Below, in pieces: positions 37,560-51,715 of a stretch of 64,000 nt of DNA; position 1 is the first letter of the stretch; the number at the start of each line of letters is the position of its first letter. The position numbers and the translations under genes are program-made. The stretch is from Neodothiora populina (lineage: Eukaryota), in assembly GCF_041146345.1 (NCBI RefSeq), contig NW_027191405.1, forward strand, positions 1,922,001-1,986,000, read 5' to 3'. The notes beneath the pieces are model-generated. The model saw only the letters and a list, made by a program, of their open reading frames with translations. It was not told the DNA's origin and searched no databases.

Positions 37560-40500
37560 GTCGAGTCGATATCCCGCGATATCGTAACACCTCGAAAGTA
37601 CGATCTCCGAGTCATAGGACCGAATCAACACTCAAAGCCAATGGAGAAGAGAAGTTGCTGTCACCTCAAGTTTCCATGCTGCAGTATCGACAACCAAGAG
37701 GACTGTAGGCAGGCTCTCCTTACTGCTCGGGGCAATTGCTGTTCTATATTCGCCCAGGTCTCGGAGTGCTTCGCTACAGCTATAGTTTTGGCTTTACCAC
37801 ATGAAGGAAACTTGACCGTATCCATCTCAACGACTGACTGCCCTGGGGAAACGGCGTGGCGTCCGAGCTTATCCCATAGGCACGTGCTTCCAGAGCTAAA
37901 CTGACTTAGTTCCGTACCTAGCGAGCTTATACGAGTAACGAACTCATGTATAATTGAACTTGGGTGAAAGGACCACAAGCTGATTTGCACATCGTTGTCA
38001 ATCTGTACAAGATCACCACGACATATCGCATATACTTGTACGCAGCAGTCCGTTGCGATGCTGCTGTGAGCCGCACCCAATCGGAATGCACTCGGTTATG
38101 TCGGAACTCGAGCAACGGGTAGAGCAACGGGTAGAACAAGACAAGGTACCTTAACTTTCCTTATTGTACCGTACCCATCTGCTCCGGAGCTCTGCTGGAC
38201 ATTGTACGCACGTAGGACACGTACCTACCTACCGTAGTTTTGCCTCTTGTGTGTGTCGACGCCCGTCCAGACTTCGGACTTGCCGGATCCGTGCCTTCGA
38301 GTCGTACCTCAAACAGGGCTCGGAGAAACTCTCCCTTGTCATGGCCATGAGAACGACTAATCTTGACAGTTGCAAGTGCCTCATGCAAGATGCCTGTCTG
38401 TAGGGATGTGAAAGCGATTTAGATCTCGAAGTTCACAAGTCTCGCCACTATTTGTATAACAAAGACTCGCATAACACGCAAGGCAAGGTTAGGTACCTAA
38501 GTCTCCGTCTCCACATTGCAATCGCAGCTTTAGCCTGTTTCACCTGGGCGATCTCCTCCCAGACCCAATTGCGTGCCGCTACGGATGCAAATTCTCACAA
38601 GCCGATGAACGATTTAGGGTTTGCGGCTCTGCAATGTGACACATTGTCGCCATCATCTGCGGCTGCTTGTGCCAAACCATGCAGCTTCAAGTAGCCGTCT
38701 TGTGCATGAATTGCTAATGTTTCACTTGGCCAATAACCAGAGTTGCTACGTGACACAGACGAAGAGGCCTGGTGTTAAGTTCGGGGTGCGATCCGGCCCG
38801 CTTTGTACATCTTCTGTCAACCGAGCAGGCGAATACCTGATATTTGAGATATGACAACTTATTTCTTCCATCCCAGTATCACCTATAGACGATTATACAG
38901 GACCTGGGTGGCACGTCATATCTCCGTATGAACAAGACCCAAGGCCGTGTCGGCGAACGTTGCTCAACCTTTAGTGTTCGCCGGTCGCTAAACGCGGGCT
39001 GCGGTCGATCGGCCTTCTCGACGTTGTGCAGCTGGGCCATCAGCTTCACGTACTGAGTGCTTTCTACAATCGAGTCGATCTTCAAGGTTCGCGCCTTACG
39101 CCATGCTCTTGTCTAAACTTTTTGTTGTCTATCCATAGAACAAACTTAGTTAGTACCATGTTAGATCACCTCACGAGGGACGCCTCTGGATCCAAGCCAC
39201 CATAACACCAAGGCATGTCGAGCCAACGAAACAATGTGAGATTGAATCGTGGCTATAGCAAGGTACCGTGGTCTGGTACGTCAGAGATCAGTTCTAGAAC
39301 CCCTGCACAGTGCCGAAACGTCCGCCCTATGTTGCCGAGATCTCCTCACATGGGATTTGAATTGTTCTAAGCCATGATGGCCTAGTACTCGAATCAGAGC
39401 TTGCCTTACCGGAGAAGTTCGCCCGGCAATACGATGTGCATAGGCCAATATCCTGCCTGGTAACTATAAAGTGATGAAAAGATGGCAGTCATGCGAAACA
39501 TGCGAGACGACGAATCGACCGCAACCCTGTCCTCCTGCTACTCAAAAACTCATGCTCGTTGTAAGACATGGGTTGGGCTACAAGCCGCATATTCCATAGT
39601 CTTTAGATACACCGTACGTCTCCGCTGCTCGATAATATCTATAACATGTCAAAATGACTGATACGTAAGGCGTTGTCATCGGCACAGTAAATTTCGTCTT
39701 GATCCGAGGATATCACATGGAAGCTACCATGTGTTGTAAGCGTTACTGCACTTCCCGCTCCTTCTCGTGGAAAACGACGACACGACAGAACTTATGGTTT
39801 TGAGTCAACTATTGCCCCCAGTATCAATCGCAACCAAGTCCACACTTACTAGACTTGGTGTTAACAATATTCCAAACGCCAATTCAGTATCATACCTTAC
39901 TTGTAGTAGATCTTATGCAACGAATACTGCAGTGCTCACCGTAAAGAAGGGCTTTGCTACGAGTCAGAAAGCAAGGCCGCACACGACAATTGAATTTAAG
40001 GGTTCTGCGTGCCTAGTAAAAGCTTGCGCTCATCCTTAAACATCGATATATCCCGCCTTCGTCAGACATCATACCTCTTGTACCTAAGGTAAGGTACCTT
40101 ACTCGTACTGTGATATGGCTGTCACATCTTCAGACTGACACGTTGGATGGTCGACAAAGCTTATCTTTGCCAGAGTTCGAGTAATTCAAGGCGTGCGCCC
40201 ACGTCTACCGCGTTGATCGCATGCTCTACAGTAGCTGGAGGACATGACTTCCAGATAAAATTTGACACCTGCGCCAAAAGCAGCAAACGGATGATCTTTC
40301 TCCTTCCCTCCACCCCTCCAGCCTCAGCCAGGCTAAAAATTACCTTGCTCACTCAATAACGATCCGATAGATCATTCGACGACATCATGCGACTAAGGCT
40401 GTTGCATGTTGTCAGCAATAAGTAGATGAACACTAAAGGTATTGTGATTCGATGTTGACGATGCTTCGTGTACTTGTCCCACACTTTGCCCGAAACGAAC

Positions 40501-42786
40501 CTTTCACAATCACGCGTTCAGCCGTGTCGTCCGCTGTCAATGAAGCTTGAACTCCCATAACATCTATCCTTATCGGATCCGTCGCGGGCATGGCACGCAG
40601 CCGGAGAGGTCTTCTTTCCATTCCACGAGAGTGCCGATACACTCTAATGCTAACAGCGGCACGGTCCGTCTGCGGAAACTTTTGTATACTCACAACGACT
40701 ATATCCTGTTCGAAGAATTACCAAATTCTAAAATAAGCGGCATTGCGGTCCTTACGTCCGCTCAGATACACACTGAAGGATTCTGTGCATTAGTCCCGGT
40801 GCGGAACCGGAACATCAGACTGTGGACTCCCTGTAGAGCCCAATATCGTCGTCGTACCTGCAAGATAACCTGTACTATTAGTCCCGCTTCCTGGGCGTAG
40901 AGTTTCGAACCAGGCAAGCTGCAGACGCGCAGTGTAATGCCCTAGCATTGCATTATACGCCCTAAGCAGTCCTGCCGTGAATTGCTGAGTCTCATAACAC
41001 AGCACTCGGCACTCTTCAAGTCTTCATGTGTCGGAAAGTCTCATCTGCTCGGATCATATGCACATGCGTATCTAGCGACTAGTAGTAAGACGGACACACT
41101 CACCTTCCGTCGAAGATCGTTCCATGCACGCCAAGTATACCACAACCATGACCGGGCGTCCCCAGCCAATTCCAACTGGATGGTCGCATCAATCTGGTCA
41201 TCGACTGATCAGCATTCACCACGTGAAAGTATAAATCTTGACACCTGCACGTGTTGTCCGCGATAGCCGCACCTCTTTGAGCGGTCAGCAGTGGGAGTGT
41301 GAAATTCTTCCCGGGTGATAAGGATCGAAACAGTATGCACCACACTATAAGTTATTGCATATTAATCTGACAAGCGCAAATCTGGTTCGGCCCCTATAAC
41401 TTCGAACCAAGGTTCTCCGACCATTGAAAAAAATTGGAGGGCTTCGCGCAGCGCTAGTCATGCCCGTGCACTCGCTTACGGGCGTAGCGACCAAGGAATC
41501 TTTATTGTAATCCTTAATCCTTCGTCTTGCGGCCACGCTTGATGGATACCTCAATCGGGCAATGCGCGTTACCCCAAATGCAAGAGGAAAAGACATGTAT
41601 ATGTGATATGAATGGTGGTATTGTTACATTTTTGAACGGTTGAGCCTGCCTTGACAGGTTTGACTGAGCCACACCTCCCATAACCCCATCGCTCCTCTGA
41701 ATTGAACAGCGGCCATGATCCTTCTCAGATGGATCACTTGAAAGTCTTGCGGCCAATTGTGATCCTGCAAGCCACCACGTAAGTGGTTGTTGAGCTCCAA
41801 TTACCTTATCCTTCACCTCGTCTCTAGGCGCTTCCGAGATGGTGCTATAGTACAGCCCTACGTTCAATTCTCGACTGTCTCGATTGGGCGGTAAGAATGA
41901 CTGCATCGCGATCTTAAGAATGACGTCTTGCCACTCCATCCCTCGAAGCATTGCAGTACGGTTTGTATGGCCGCAAGAGGAGTGAGTGCTTCTTGACAGA
42001 AGTGAGTATTGTGATTGCACCTACTGTCGAAAGTGGCCATATTTAAGAATCATCTAACCTCATCTGGATCATCCCGAGGCCAAAGATAATAGCTTGAAGA
42101 ATGGATGCGGGAAGCATTCAAGTGTACCTGGACAATCATCAGAGATCTACCATCGACAATCAATCTACCAAATCGGACGATCACAGTTGCTGCCGGCCTG
42201 TACGGAAAGTTCTTTGACTTTAGCACCCATCTAGTACTACCTTGCTATCATCGTGCCTACCCTATCTGACGATCCGCTCCGCTCTCCGAACATCTGCAAG
42301 GAACCTCGAAGATGCCATTGTCTGCTCTCTCTGTAGACATACTTCTCCAGAACCCCGCAGCTGCCGCTACACTGGAACCTTCTCACATGGTTGCTAAGTC
42401 CGCACATTGTGTCCATGCCAAGAGCCATGCAACATAATACATGCCCGCAGATCCCGCATGGAGGTTTGTCAACAGCTATTCTGCACCTGTGATAGAAGGA
42501 CATTACGGGGTCGACTCAGGGACATGTGATTGTGAGGCCGTCCGCAGCTGCCGCACCACTACCAGGCCCAGTGTGGATCACGATGCTGAAATCAACACCT
42601 GGGCTCATCGATGAGATGATCGGGCATCGCAGCTTGGTGTGAGCAGCGGGAAGAAGACTTCTACCGACTTGATACTAAGCGACCCGATGTGAGGTGTAAA
42701 AAGACCAGGCTCAACATCATTATCAACCATCGCATCCCTCAGCTTCTCAGCCTGCACAGTCGTTCAATCCAGCATCCATTAGCGAT

Positions 42787-44493
42787 ATGCCTTCCTTCGC
42801 TTCTACTGCCTTGACTTTGGCTGCCATAGTTGGCACGACATCTGCAGCCCCAGCAAAGGTTCATGATAGATCAGTTCCCACCGGCTCACCAGTCGTGACA
42901 GTCAAGAATGGTTCTTACTACGGAATCCACAACGACAATTACAACCAGGACTTTTTTCTGGGAATTCCCTACTCACAGGCTCCTGTCGGAGATCTTCGCT
43001 TCAGCAAACCGGAGCCCTTGGACACCACTTGGGAAGAATTGCGCGCGGCGACTGAATATCAGCCCAAATGCTACGGCTATGGCTCTGACTCTGACGGTTT
43101 TGAGCAGTCTGAAGACTGTCTTTTCATCAACATCGTACGTCCTTCCGGATATGAAGACACCCAGCTTCCCTTGGCCCTTTGGATTCACGGTGGTGGCTTC
43201 TACATGGGCGGAGCTACCGACGATCGCTACAACCTCACCTTCATCGTCGAAAACTCTGTTGCTATTGGTAAGCCTATCATGGCCGCTAGTATCGCCTATC
43301 GCTTGAGCGCTTTTGGTTACCTCAATTCCGAGGAGGTTGCTGAGACCGGCAGTCTCAACGCTGGTCTCAAGGATCAACGTCTCGCTCTTCACTGGATCCA
43401 GGAGAATATTGGTGCTTTCGGTGCCGACCCTGAGAAAGTTACCATTTGGGGCGAGTCCGCTGGTGCACTATCTGTTGGCTTTCACCTTGTCGCATACGGT
43501 GGTCGTAACGACAAGCTGTTCCGCGCCGCTGTTATGGAATCCGGAAACCCTATCTTCTACACTTCTCTTAACCAGACCAGCGATTTTCAACCCATATATG
43601 ATGACATGGTTGAAGACCTTGGCTGCAGCGGCAAAGACTCTCTTGCTTGCATCAAGGCCCTTGATGTTGAGAAAATTGATCAATTGCTGAAGACAAAGCC
43701 TGCATACCAGCAAGCTTTCCTTCCAGCCATCGATGGTGTATTCGTGGCCAACTACACCTCCCAGCAGCTTGCCAGTGGCGACTTTGTTCACGTTCCCATC
43801 ATCGACGGCACCAACTCTGACGAAGGCACTCTATTCTCGCCTATGGGAATTGACACCGAGGACCAGCTCAAAGAGATGATGAGCACGACCTCCTTCCTCC
43901 AGCCTGGCCTTCCTGCTGCTTTGGTCGAGAAATTAATGGCGGTTTACACCACCGATGAGTACAACATGCCCAACGACTTGTCGTTCGGTTCCGATGATGT
44001 CCTCGGTATGCCTTTCGGTGAGCACTGGAGACACTCTGCTTCTTACTATGGAGACCACCACTTCATCGCCGCGCGTCGCCTTACTTGCCAAACCTGGGCC
44101 GCCGCTGGACTTGACGCTTACTGCTTCCGCTTTGATACTGTTCCTCGTGGACTCGGCTGGCCCTTCCAAGCCGCACATTTCCAAGAAGTTTCTTTCGTCT
44201 TCAACAACGTTGACGGCCTCGGCTATTCTCCCAGCCCGTTCCTTGACATGAGCCCAGCTTTCGCGCAGCTGAGCAACCACATGAGCAAGACTTGGGCCTC
44301 TTTCGTCGCCGATCTCAACCCCAACTCCTGGAAGGGTGTTGATGCTGCCCTGCCTCTCTGGCCCACCTATGACAATGCCGACCCCAAGAACTTCGTCTTC
44401 AGTGCTAACGAGACCTGCTACACTGAGACCGATGACTTCCGCGCTGAAGGAATAAAACTATTCAACGACAATACCGTGCTCTTCCGCAAGTAA
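42787..44493 (+). CDS. Secreted type-B carboxylesterase/lipase (alpha/beta hydrolase), intronless
   Basis: Signal peptide; FLGIPYSQAPVGDLRF, SEDCLFINI, WIHGGGF, NAGLKDQRLALHWIQENIGAFG, nucleophile GESAG, Glu in TNSDEGT, His in AHFQEV. Confidence 0.95.
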   Translation: MPSFASTALTLAAIVGTTSAAPAKVHDRSVPTGSPVVTVKNGSYYGIHNDNYNQDFFLGIPYSQAPVGDLRFSKPEPLDTTWEELRAATEYQPKCYGYGSDSDGFEQSEDCLFINIVRPSGYEDTQLPLALWIHGGGFYMGGATDDRYNLTFIVENSVAIGKPIMAASIAYRLSAFGYLNSEEVAETGSLNAGLKDQRLALHWIQENIGAFGADPEKVTIWGESAGALSVGFHLVAYGGRNDKLFRAAVMESGNPIFYTSLNQTSDFQPIYDDMVEDLGCSGKDSLACIKALDVEKIDQLLKTKPAYQQAFLPAIDGVFVANYTSQQLASGDFVHVPIIDGTNSDEGTLFSPMGIDTEDQLKEMMSTTSFLQPGLPAALVEKLMAVYTTDEYNMPNDLSFGSDDVLGMPFGEHWRHSASYYGDHHFIAARRLTCQTWAAAGLDAYCFRFDTVPRGLGWPFQAAHFQEVSFVFNNVDGLGYSPSPFLDMSPAFAQLSNHMSKTWASFVADLNPNSWKGVDAALPLWPTYDNADPKNFVFSANETCYTETDDFRAEGIKLFNDNTVLFRK

Positions 44494-46376
44494 GGGCTAC
44501 AACACATACGATCGACATTCGGTCTGTAGATGAAGTCCAGCCGGGGAGCCCTAGTGACAGGGGATTCAGTCTGTGGGATACAACGGAGTCGGGAGAACAT
44601 AAATGGGATGGGTTGAAGGATTGAACAACGGTGTTCCGGGAAATCACATGGGACCTGCAACAAGATGAATATAGAGGAATCACTGATGGCATTTGTCATT
44701 ACAATGAGCTGGGTGGGTACCGAAGGAACGTTAATGGGAGCAGGGCGGCGTATGTGCATGGTCTTCTTCGAGTACTTAGTATCGTGTCAATAGTGCTATT
44801 GTCTTTTAGTCCTGAGTTTAGTCAATTACATTTGTGATTTCAATATATATGCCTGTACCCAGCTATCCACTGTAAACCATAAACAAGTGTCTCTTGTTTG
44901 TATACTGATGGAATCCCACGAAATCTTCGGCCGGTAAAAGTTGTGATTATGTTTAGCCAACGATTGACATACTGGGGGATAAGCAGGACACACGGCAGGA
45001 TTCTTCTCTATTCGTGCATGCACAACATTAGCACCAGCTGCGTATACTCTCTGGCAGCGACTGAGTCTCGGTCTATTCACAGCGCGTGGTAAGGTATGGT
45101 AAGGTAAGGTAAGTTCAGTAAGGCACAGGTAAGATACCATAAGCGAACACAGCCGGGGGATCGGATATTGGATCTTGGCGCCGGTCCGGAGAAACCTGCA
45201 ACGGAGTAATCACCTTGAATCGTGCCATGTGGATGACCTTGCTGTGAAACATCATCTTGTGCCGGAAGTTTACTCAAGGCAAGACATCCATCTACCATGA
45301 TGTACACAAGATCAGGACTCACGTCAGTCATCTGTGCATATAATCTGCGAGTCGGTCTCTTGAACCTGTCCTCGAATTGCCCCAGCATCGAATAAATAGT
45401 GTGCATAAGTCCGGAGCACTCCGGGGCTGGTATATGCGACCGACCACAACTATGATAGGCCGGCCTCGACATGCTAATAAGCTGGGCCATGAGCCTTGGA
45501 CAATCTGCTCTCGCGATCTACAAATCGTGATTACGAAGCTGACTGCGACAGCACCTTCAGAGGGATCTCGAGACTATAAGAAGCTGATGGGATTAAGCTC
45601 GATGCCATCACAGACCTTGTGTCTTCAAACCTAAGCCGAATTCATTTCCTGTCATATACCCACCTTGTGCTTATATCAATGCTTTTACGAACGATCTACA
45701 ATTGACCGCAACGAAGCGTCGCCCAAAACGACGGCAATATATTGCAATTCACTCTCAAGGCTCGGTCTCTTCCCCAAAAAGAATGGAAGGCAAAATGCTT
45801 GAATATCCGGTACTTGTAATGTCGCAAACGGGGGGTATTAATACAGTCTCCTGCCGAGATTCGTCCCCACACGCGCTATGGCCAGTTGACTGTTTCACTT
45901 ATAGCTGGCTCGATATATTCTTAGTCACGCTTTCGTACATCAATGTCGCCATTCTACTGTATTTCATATACCTGTCGCAAGCTATTCTTTCGCAGTGACA
46001 CAGTCGGATGCGTCTAGATCGGTGGAAAGTTTCTACAGGAACGAAGGTAGGCAGGCGTTGGACCTCGTATGCACCAACATGAGATGCCTCACCTTTAGTG
46101 GGGGCCTTCGGGCGAGTGTACTGCCCCCTTGTTTCAGAGATATGCGGATACTTCAAGGTTCTACTAAGTGAAAGGCTAAGTGTGTTTTGTTCGAGTGTCT
46201 ACTTAAAAGAAGCTTTCGGCATCTCGATTTCATGGTGCAAGTCAAAGTCTAGCCGGCCATTCTTTGACCTCCATTACATTCTCTTCTTCAGCTCTTACAG
46301 CACCAGCGCGCCTATAGCAGCAATTTTTAGGACCCACTTTCATTCTTTCGTTAAGGCCAAAGTCTCTTTTCTAGCC

Positions 46377-47317
46377 ATGTTGTATACCAATGTCGCAGCG
46401 ATTGTATCGCTCCTCTCCATCCCTTTGGCATCCGCCAAGCCAAGAGGTAATACCAGCAGCAAACGTGACCTAGAACTCACATGGGGGCCTCTTGTCGGTA
46501 TGGGACCGACGAGAGATGGTGTCGGTATCATCAGCGCCGTCTCAACGATCTACCCCGGCAACATGTAATTCAAGCTGAACTTTGCTGTTGTTCCCACCCC
46601 GATACTGACATCCTTAAGGCCCAAAACACAGCCAGGAGGCTTGTACAACTGGATTGGCATTGACAGCCCCGACGCCAACAGTGACCTAGTCCAAGGAATC
46701 GTCGGGTCTTACACTCACGGACAGAGTGAATGCCCCGGCGCGGAAGCCGACTCGCTCTGGTAGGGTTTAATTGCACTCGAGAGAAGCTTAGACTTGGCCT
46801 TAGGACTAATCCACCGATGATAGGTGCATCACTGCTGAAGTCTACGGTACCATCCCCGGAACGCAACAAACAAACCAGTGGGTCGGTGACCTAAGAGCTC
46901 TGGACAAGAACCCAGCGGACGGTATTACGTTCAACTACACTCTGGTTAACCAGAAGACTGGACTCTGGCTGCAGTGAGTATTGCGCACAATCCGCGCGCC
47001 TGGAACGATCTTCACTAACGCACGAAAGGACCGTCACCAATGCGAGAACCCAAGAGCTCATGGCTACGTTCAACAAGACCTCGCAGACCATGACCCTGTT
47101 CAACACTGCTGTTGAGTGCCAAAACGGATGCACTCCTCCGGTTGATCCCCAGTACTGGGTCGACACCACCATCATCCTGTCCGAGGCCGACGAGGACTTC
47201 GGCAGCACTCTGTACCAGTCCAACCATGCCACAAACACCCCTGTGACCACCCCTGACAATGGCAAGACCTGGAAGATTGCCAACATCACCATTCCTGTCG
47301 TCCCTCCCGTCGCATAG
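46377..47317 (+). CDS. Uncharacterised secreted protein, 255 aa; exons 46377-46564, 46619-46759, 46824-46973, 47029-47317
   Basis: All four exons join in frame at GT..AG; signal peptide, KR Kex2-like site, 4 Cys, beta-rich, C-terminal DNGKTWKIANITIP. Confidence 0.8.
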
Positions 47318-47678
47318 ATGCACTTGTACTCGTTGTGCATTCTTGGACGACTGATTGAATGGATACGACCTAGATCTTCTTCCTGCGATGTAAATATTGG
47401 GTACTGATTTGTCCACAACCGGTTTTGTGGTCTAAATTTGACAATCTTACTAAAGAGTACTAGTAAATCAGATCCTTCATGGCCAAAAGCGTAGTATCTC
47501 TTTTGAATCTGTTTTGCTGTGTCCGATCTAGAAGTATCAGTATACATATACTCCATGTCCCCCTTCATCAAGCAGAAATAAGACGCATAGAAAGAATATA
47601 GCAGAGATGAAACCTCGTCGATTGTGATCCACTGAATGCGTATAGCGTATATACTCAGGTATTGCCGAATGGTATAAA

Positions 47679-49360
47679 CTATGCCTGTACAGTGTAACCA
47701 TTCGAGAGTTTCAGCCCAATTGGTAGCCCTTTTGTCCACTTTTCCTGTTCAGGGAAAGATAAATGCCGGCGGGATGAGATTTTCTCTTCGATATCCTTGT
47801 ACATGTCATATCTGCAAGGTGATCAGACCCCTTCCGAGACAATTCTCTGTGGTGGATCGTTCGACTTACGCATTCATTTCTTCTATCGTCAATGTCTTTG
47901 CTCCGTCTTCGACTTTGTAATTTGGCATGTTCGTGTTGCTCGAAAAACCTTACCACGGTTACTTCTATCATATCATGCGTACACACCTGAGGGACAATAG
48001 AGAGGAGAATAGTTACCGATGCGTTCGTTGATATTGTAAGCAGCTTTGGCGGCGGCAGCCTGAACCCGTGTGGCTCGCGGCAGCCGAACTTGCTCGTAGA
48101 TCTGAAGAGTCGCTTGGACGTCTCCGTCGAAGTAGGCAGGACTGAAGAGGATACCCAATGCAGCTGCATCTTCTATCGCCATGCAGGCGCCTTGGCTTTG
48201 ATGTGGCATCATCTGTGAATTGTGAGCGACATATAAACAGGAACTAGAATCTGTCAGAACTTACAGGATGCGCGGCGTCTCCAATGAGACAAACTTGGTT
48301 GCGCGAGATATATGCATATGGCTCACTTTTGCGAGAGGAATCAGCCCGCGTTAATTCAAGCCCAGTGGGGAAAGGGGTTGGAGAGTAACAAGACACGACT
48401 TACTGCACCCACAGACGCCATGGCTGAATCTCCTTCCCGATGGCTAAATGGGCTTTGACCTGAGGATCTAGTTTAGGGTATGGAGCAAGGAGCTCTTCCA
48501 CAGGTCTGTCCTCGGAACCCCAGGTCTGATTGATGTAGTCGCCCGCACTTCTTGGAAAAAAGCAATAGTAAGAGAGTAGTTTCCCTCCGTTGCAAGGAGA
48601 AAGCACAATCTTGTCCCATTTGCCTTCTTGCCCTCCCCAGTACTCCAAAGCGCTGTTCTGAGAGTAGTCGACGAGGCCCAATCTAACGGCATCCTCGGTC
48701 ATGACATTACAATGCAGGCAACTAGAATCTGCGGGGCGCTTTTCTGGAGTAAGACCGATGATCTTTCTGACAGCCGAGCCAATGCCATCTGCGCCAATGA
48801 TAGCGTCATGCTGGGCTGAATGGCCATTCGCAAAGAAGATAGTACCACTCTCATAATCAATATCCTTACACTGGTGGATTCATAGATCACATATCAGCAC
48901 GTCAATATCTTGTTACAGTGGACAACCCTGGGAAAGAACTTACAGGATGGTTGACAAGAAGTTCAACAGGCGTTCCGGAACCCTCCCCTTGAAGAGCGCA
49001 ATCTTTGAGCATGGCATGCATATACTGACGATGGAACATGTTGTAGACGTAACCCCATCGCTCCTTGTAATCGTCAAGGCTGTAAACGCTGACAGGCTCA
49101 CCTGTCTTCCAATCGCGGTTGATGAGGCTTTGCAAGACGACAGGATCACCTTTGGCCACATCGACGTCCCACTCGTGTAGCCAGCGAGTACCATTTGCCG
49201 CACACGATACAGATGCACCAACCTCGCCAGCGAAATCGTTTCTCTCATAGATCGTGACTTTGTGCCCAGCACGACGCAAGGCGATAGCTACGGACAAGCC
49301 GCCGATGCCGCCACCAATCACGCCAATGTTGAGGCGTCGCCATCCTGGATGGGCACTCAT
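47679..49360 (-). CDS. FAD-dependent aromatic-ring monooxygenase (salicylate hydroxylase-like, group A); about 6 exons
   Basis: GGGIGGLS Rossmann motif, IIGADGIGS, CLIGDAAHP/MMPHQSQGACMAIEDAAALG; exons splice in frame to TAG at 47679. Confidence 0.92.
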
Positions 49361-49967
49361 ATTGATCGGTGTATAACGAGGGAAATGGGAGAGCAGTAAT
49401 AGACCAAAGTATGAGATAGCAAATATGTCTTCGACTCAAACAAGTCTGATAGATCAAAATCTGGCGAGACATGGCATAAACCTGGGCTGCCGCCCTTTAT
49501 TTGGCGCATGCTAACCGTCTTGTGACTTGTGTGTTGAGCTCAGTATATTTACCGCGAATGTGTGTATGCGGAAAGTGAACCTCACTAGCAAGTAAGTAGG
49601 ATAGCGGACTTGCTGCGTCGGCACCAAGGTGCATCGGCCCGCGTTGCAGTTGTGCCTTATCAAGGAAGGTGCGAGCCCCCGCATCCCATTTACCGCGGAT
49701 GAAGACCTGCGGCATTCGTACCCCCGCTTCCTACACCCTGCCAAGCTCCTTATCAGTCGCATGGATGAAGGTGAAAGTCAATACTCGGATGGGACAGATC
49801 CTAAGGTATCTCTATATATCTTGATGGGTGGCACTGAGCTGCGAATAAGCGCATTGGAATGACACATATCGCTTGCTTTTCAGCGTGGTCTTTACAACAA
49901 CAGTTTCCAGAGTTGCCTCGTTCATCTTCACAATCACTCCCTCGACTCAGCATATCAGTTGGCAGTC

Positions 49968-51715
49968 ATGTTGGAATTCTATGATCTCGTGGTAGTAGGG
50001 TCAGGTAGGTCACGACATCTAACGACGTGATACATATGGCCTTTGCTGAGACCGACACAACAGGATGGTTCGGACTTGGTGCTGCTCGGGCATATATCCA
50101 GACCCATCCCAAGGAAAACATCACTGTACTCGAGAGCGAGCAGAGTGTGGGTGGCACCTGGTCGCAGAACAGGTTATACCCTGGCTTGAAATCCAACAAT
50201 ATGCTGGGAAGCTATGAATTCCCAGACTATCCCATGGACTCAGAAGTCTATGGTATCAAGCCGGGTGGTCACATTCCGGGTGCAGTGCTTTCCCGTTATT
50301 TGACCGACTTTGCCCGAGAGTTTGGGATTTTGGAGCGCACGAAGTTCAACACCACTGTGACAGAAGTTGAACCAAGTTCATCTAGTGGATGGAAGCTGAC
50401 TGTCAAAACACTCTCCGGAGAGCGCGTAGTAGAGACTGCTAAGCTGATCCTGGCCACAGGCCTCACATCAACCCCTAACATACCATCCTATCGAGGGGCG
50501 GACGATTTCGGCAACCCCTTCTTCCATGCAAAAGACTTCTGCAGGAAGGCACCTGAGTTGAAAGGCGTCAAGAACGTAGTAGTTGTCGGTGGCGCCAAGT
50601 CTGCTTACGACGTGGCCTATGCCATGGTGGAAAGCGGTGCAACTGTTGACTTGGTGATACGACCCAACGGCCATGGACCGGTCTGGATTGCGCCTCGCCA
50701 TGTTACTCCTTTGAAGAAGCGTATGGACATCATACTCAACGTCCGTTTCATGTCATGGTTTAGTCCTTGTCCTTGGGGCTCTGAAGATGGCTATCCCAGA
50801 ACCCGTCAATTTCTGCATAATACTGCCATTGGTCGGTTCATCGTGAAGTGCTTCTGGAAAGTCCTTTGCAATGATGTATTGACCGCCAACGATTACGATT
50901 CTCATCCTGAACTCAGCAAACTAAAGCCATGGCATCCTGTCTTCTGGATCGGAAGTGGTCTTAGTATTCTGAACTACGATACAAGTCTGTTTGACATGGT
51001 CAAACAAGGCAGAATACGAGTTCATATCGAAGAGATCGATCACCTCGAGCCTGGCCAAGTGGTGCTTGATTCAGGAGAACGCCTGACAGCCGATGCTCTG
51101 ATATGCTCCACGGGCTGGAAGAAGGAATCCACGATCAAATTCCACGGGCTTGAGAAAAGTGGTCTTGGATTGCAATTATCAAGCAAAGAAAAGACCCAAT
51201 TGAGTGCCGAATTTGATGAGAAAGTGTTGGCTATGTTCCCGATCCTGCGGGATCAACCACAGCTACGCTTCCAACCTGGCCCTGCTGATCCACTTCGGTA
51301 CTACCGTTTCATGGTCCCTCCAGCTCTGCTTGAGAAGCGCAACCTGGCATTCGCTGGTATGATCTCCTCTGTCAGCACATCAATTGCGTCCACTGTGCAA
51401 GGAATTTGGATATCCAAATATCTCGATGGAGATCTCGACCGTATGGCACAGACAAACGAAGCCGTGATCAACGAGATAATGTTGCATACGCAATGGGGCA
51501 AGTGGCGATACCCATGCGGTTACGGCGCCAGTCTGCCAGACTTTGTCTTCGAGGGCATTCCTTACGTAGACATGTTGCTGAAGGATCTTGGCTTGAACAA
51601 CCACCGAAAGAGTTCGGTGTACAAAGAGTTGACTTCGCCGTATACTCCGAGGGATTATGCTGGCCTCCTCGACGAGTTAGCTCAAAAGACTCCTGCAAAG
51701 AAAGTGAGATGGTAG
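49968..51715 (+). CDS. Flavin-containing monooxygenase (FMO/BVMO-like, group B); one intron at about 50005-50063
   Basis: MLEFYDLVVVGSG/WFGL, VGGTWS, LILATG, FMO-like motif FGNPFFHAKDF, NADPH-binding VVGGAKSAYD, LICSTGW. Confidence 0.92.
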
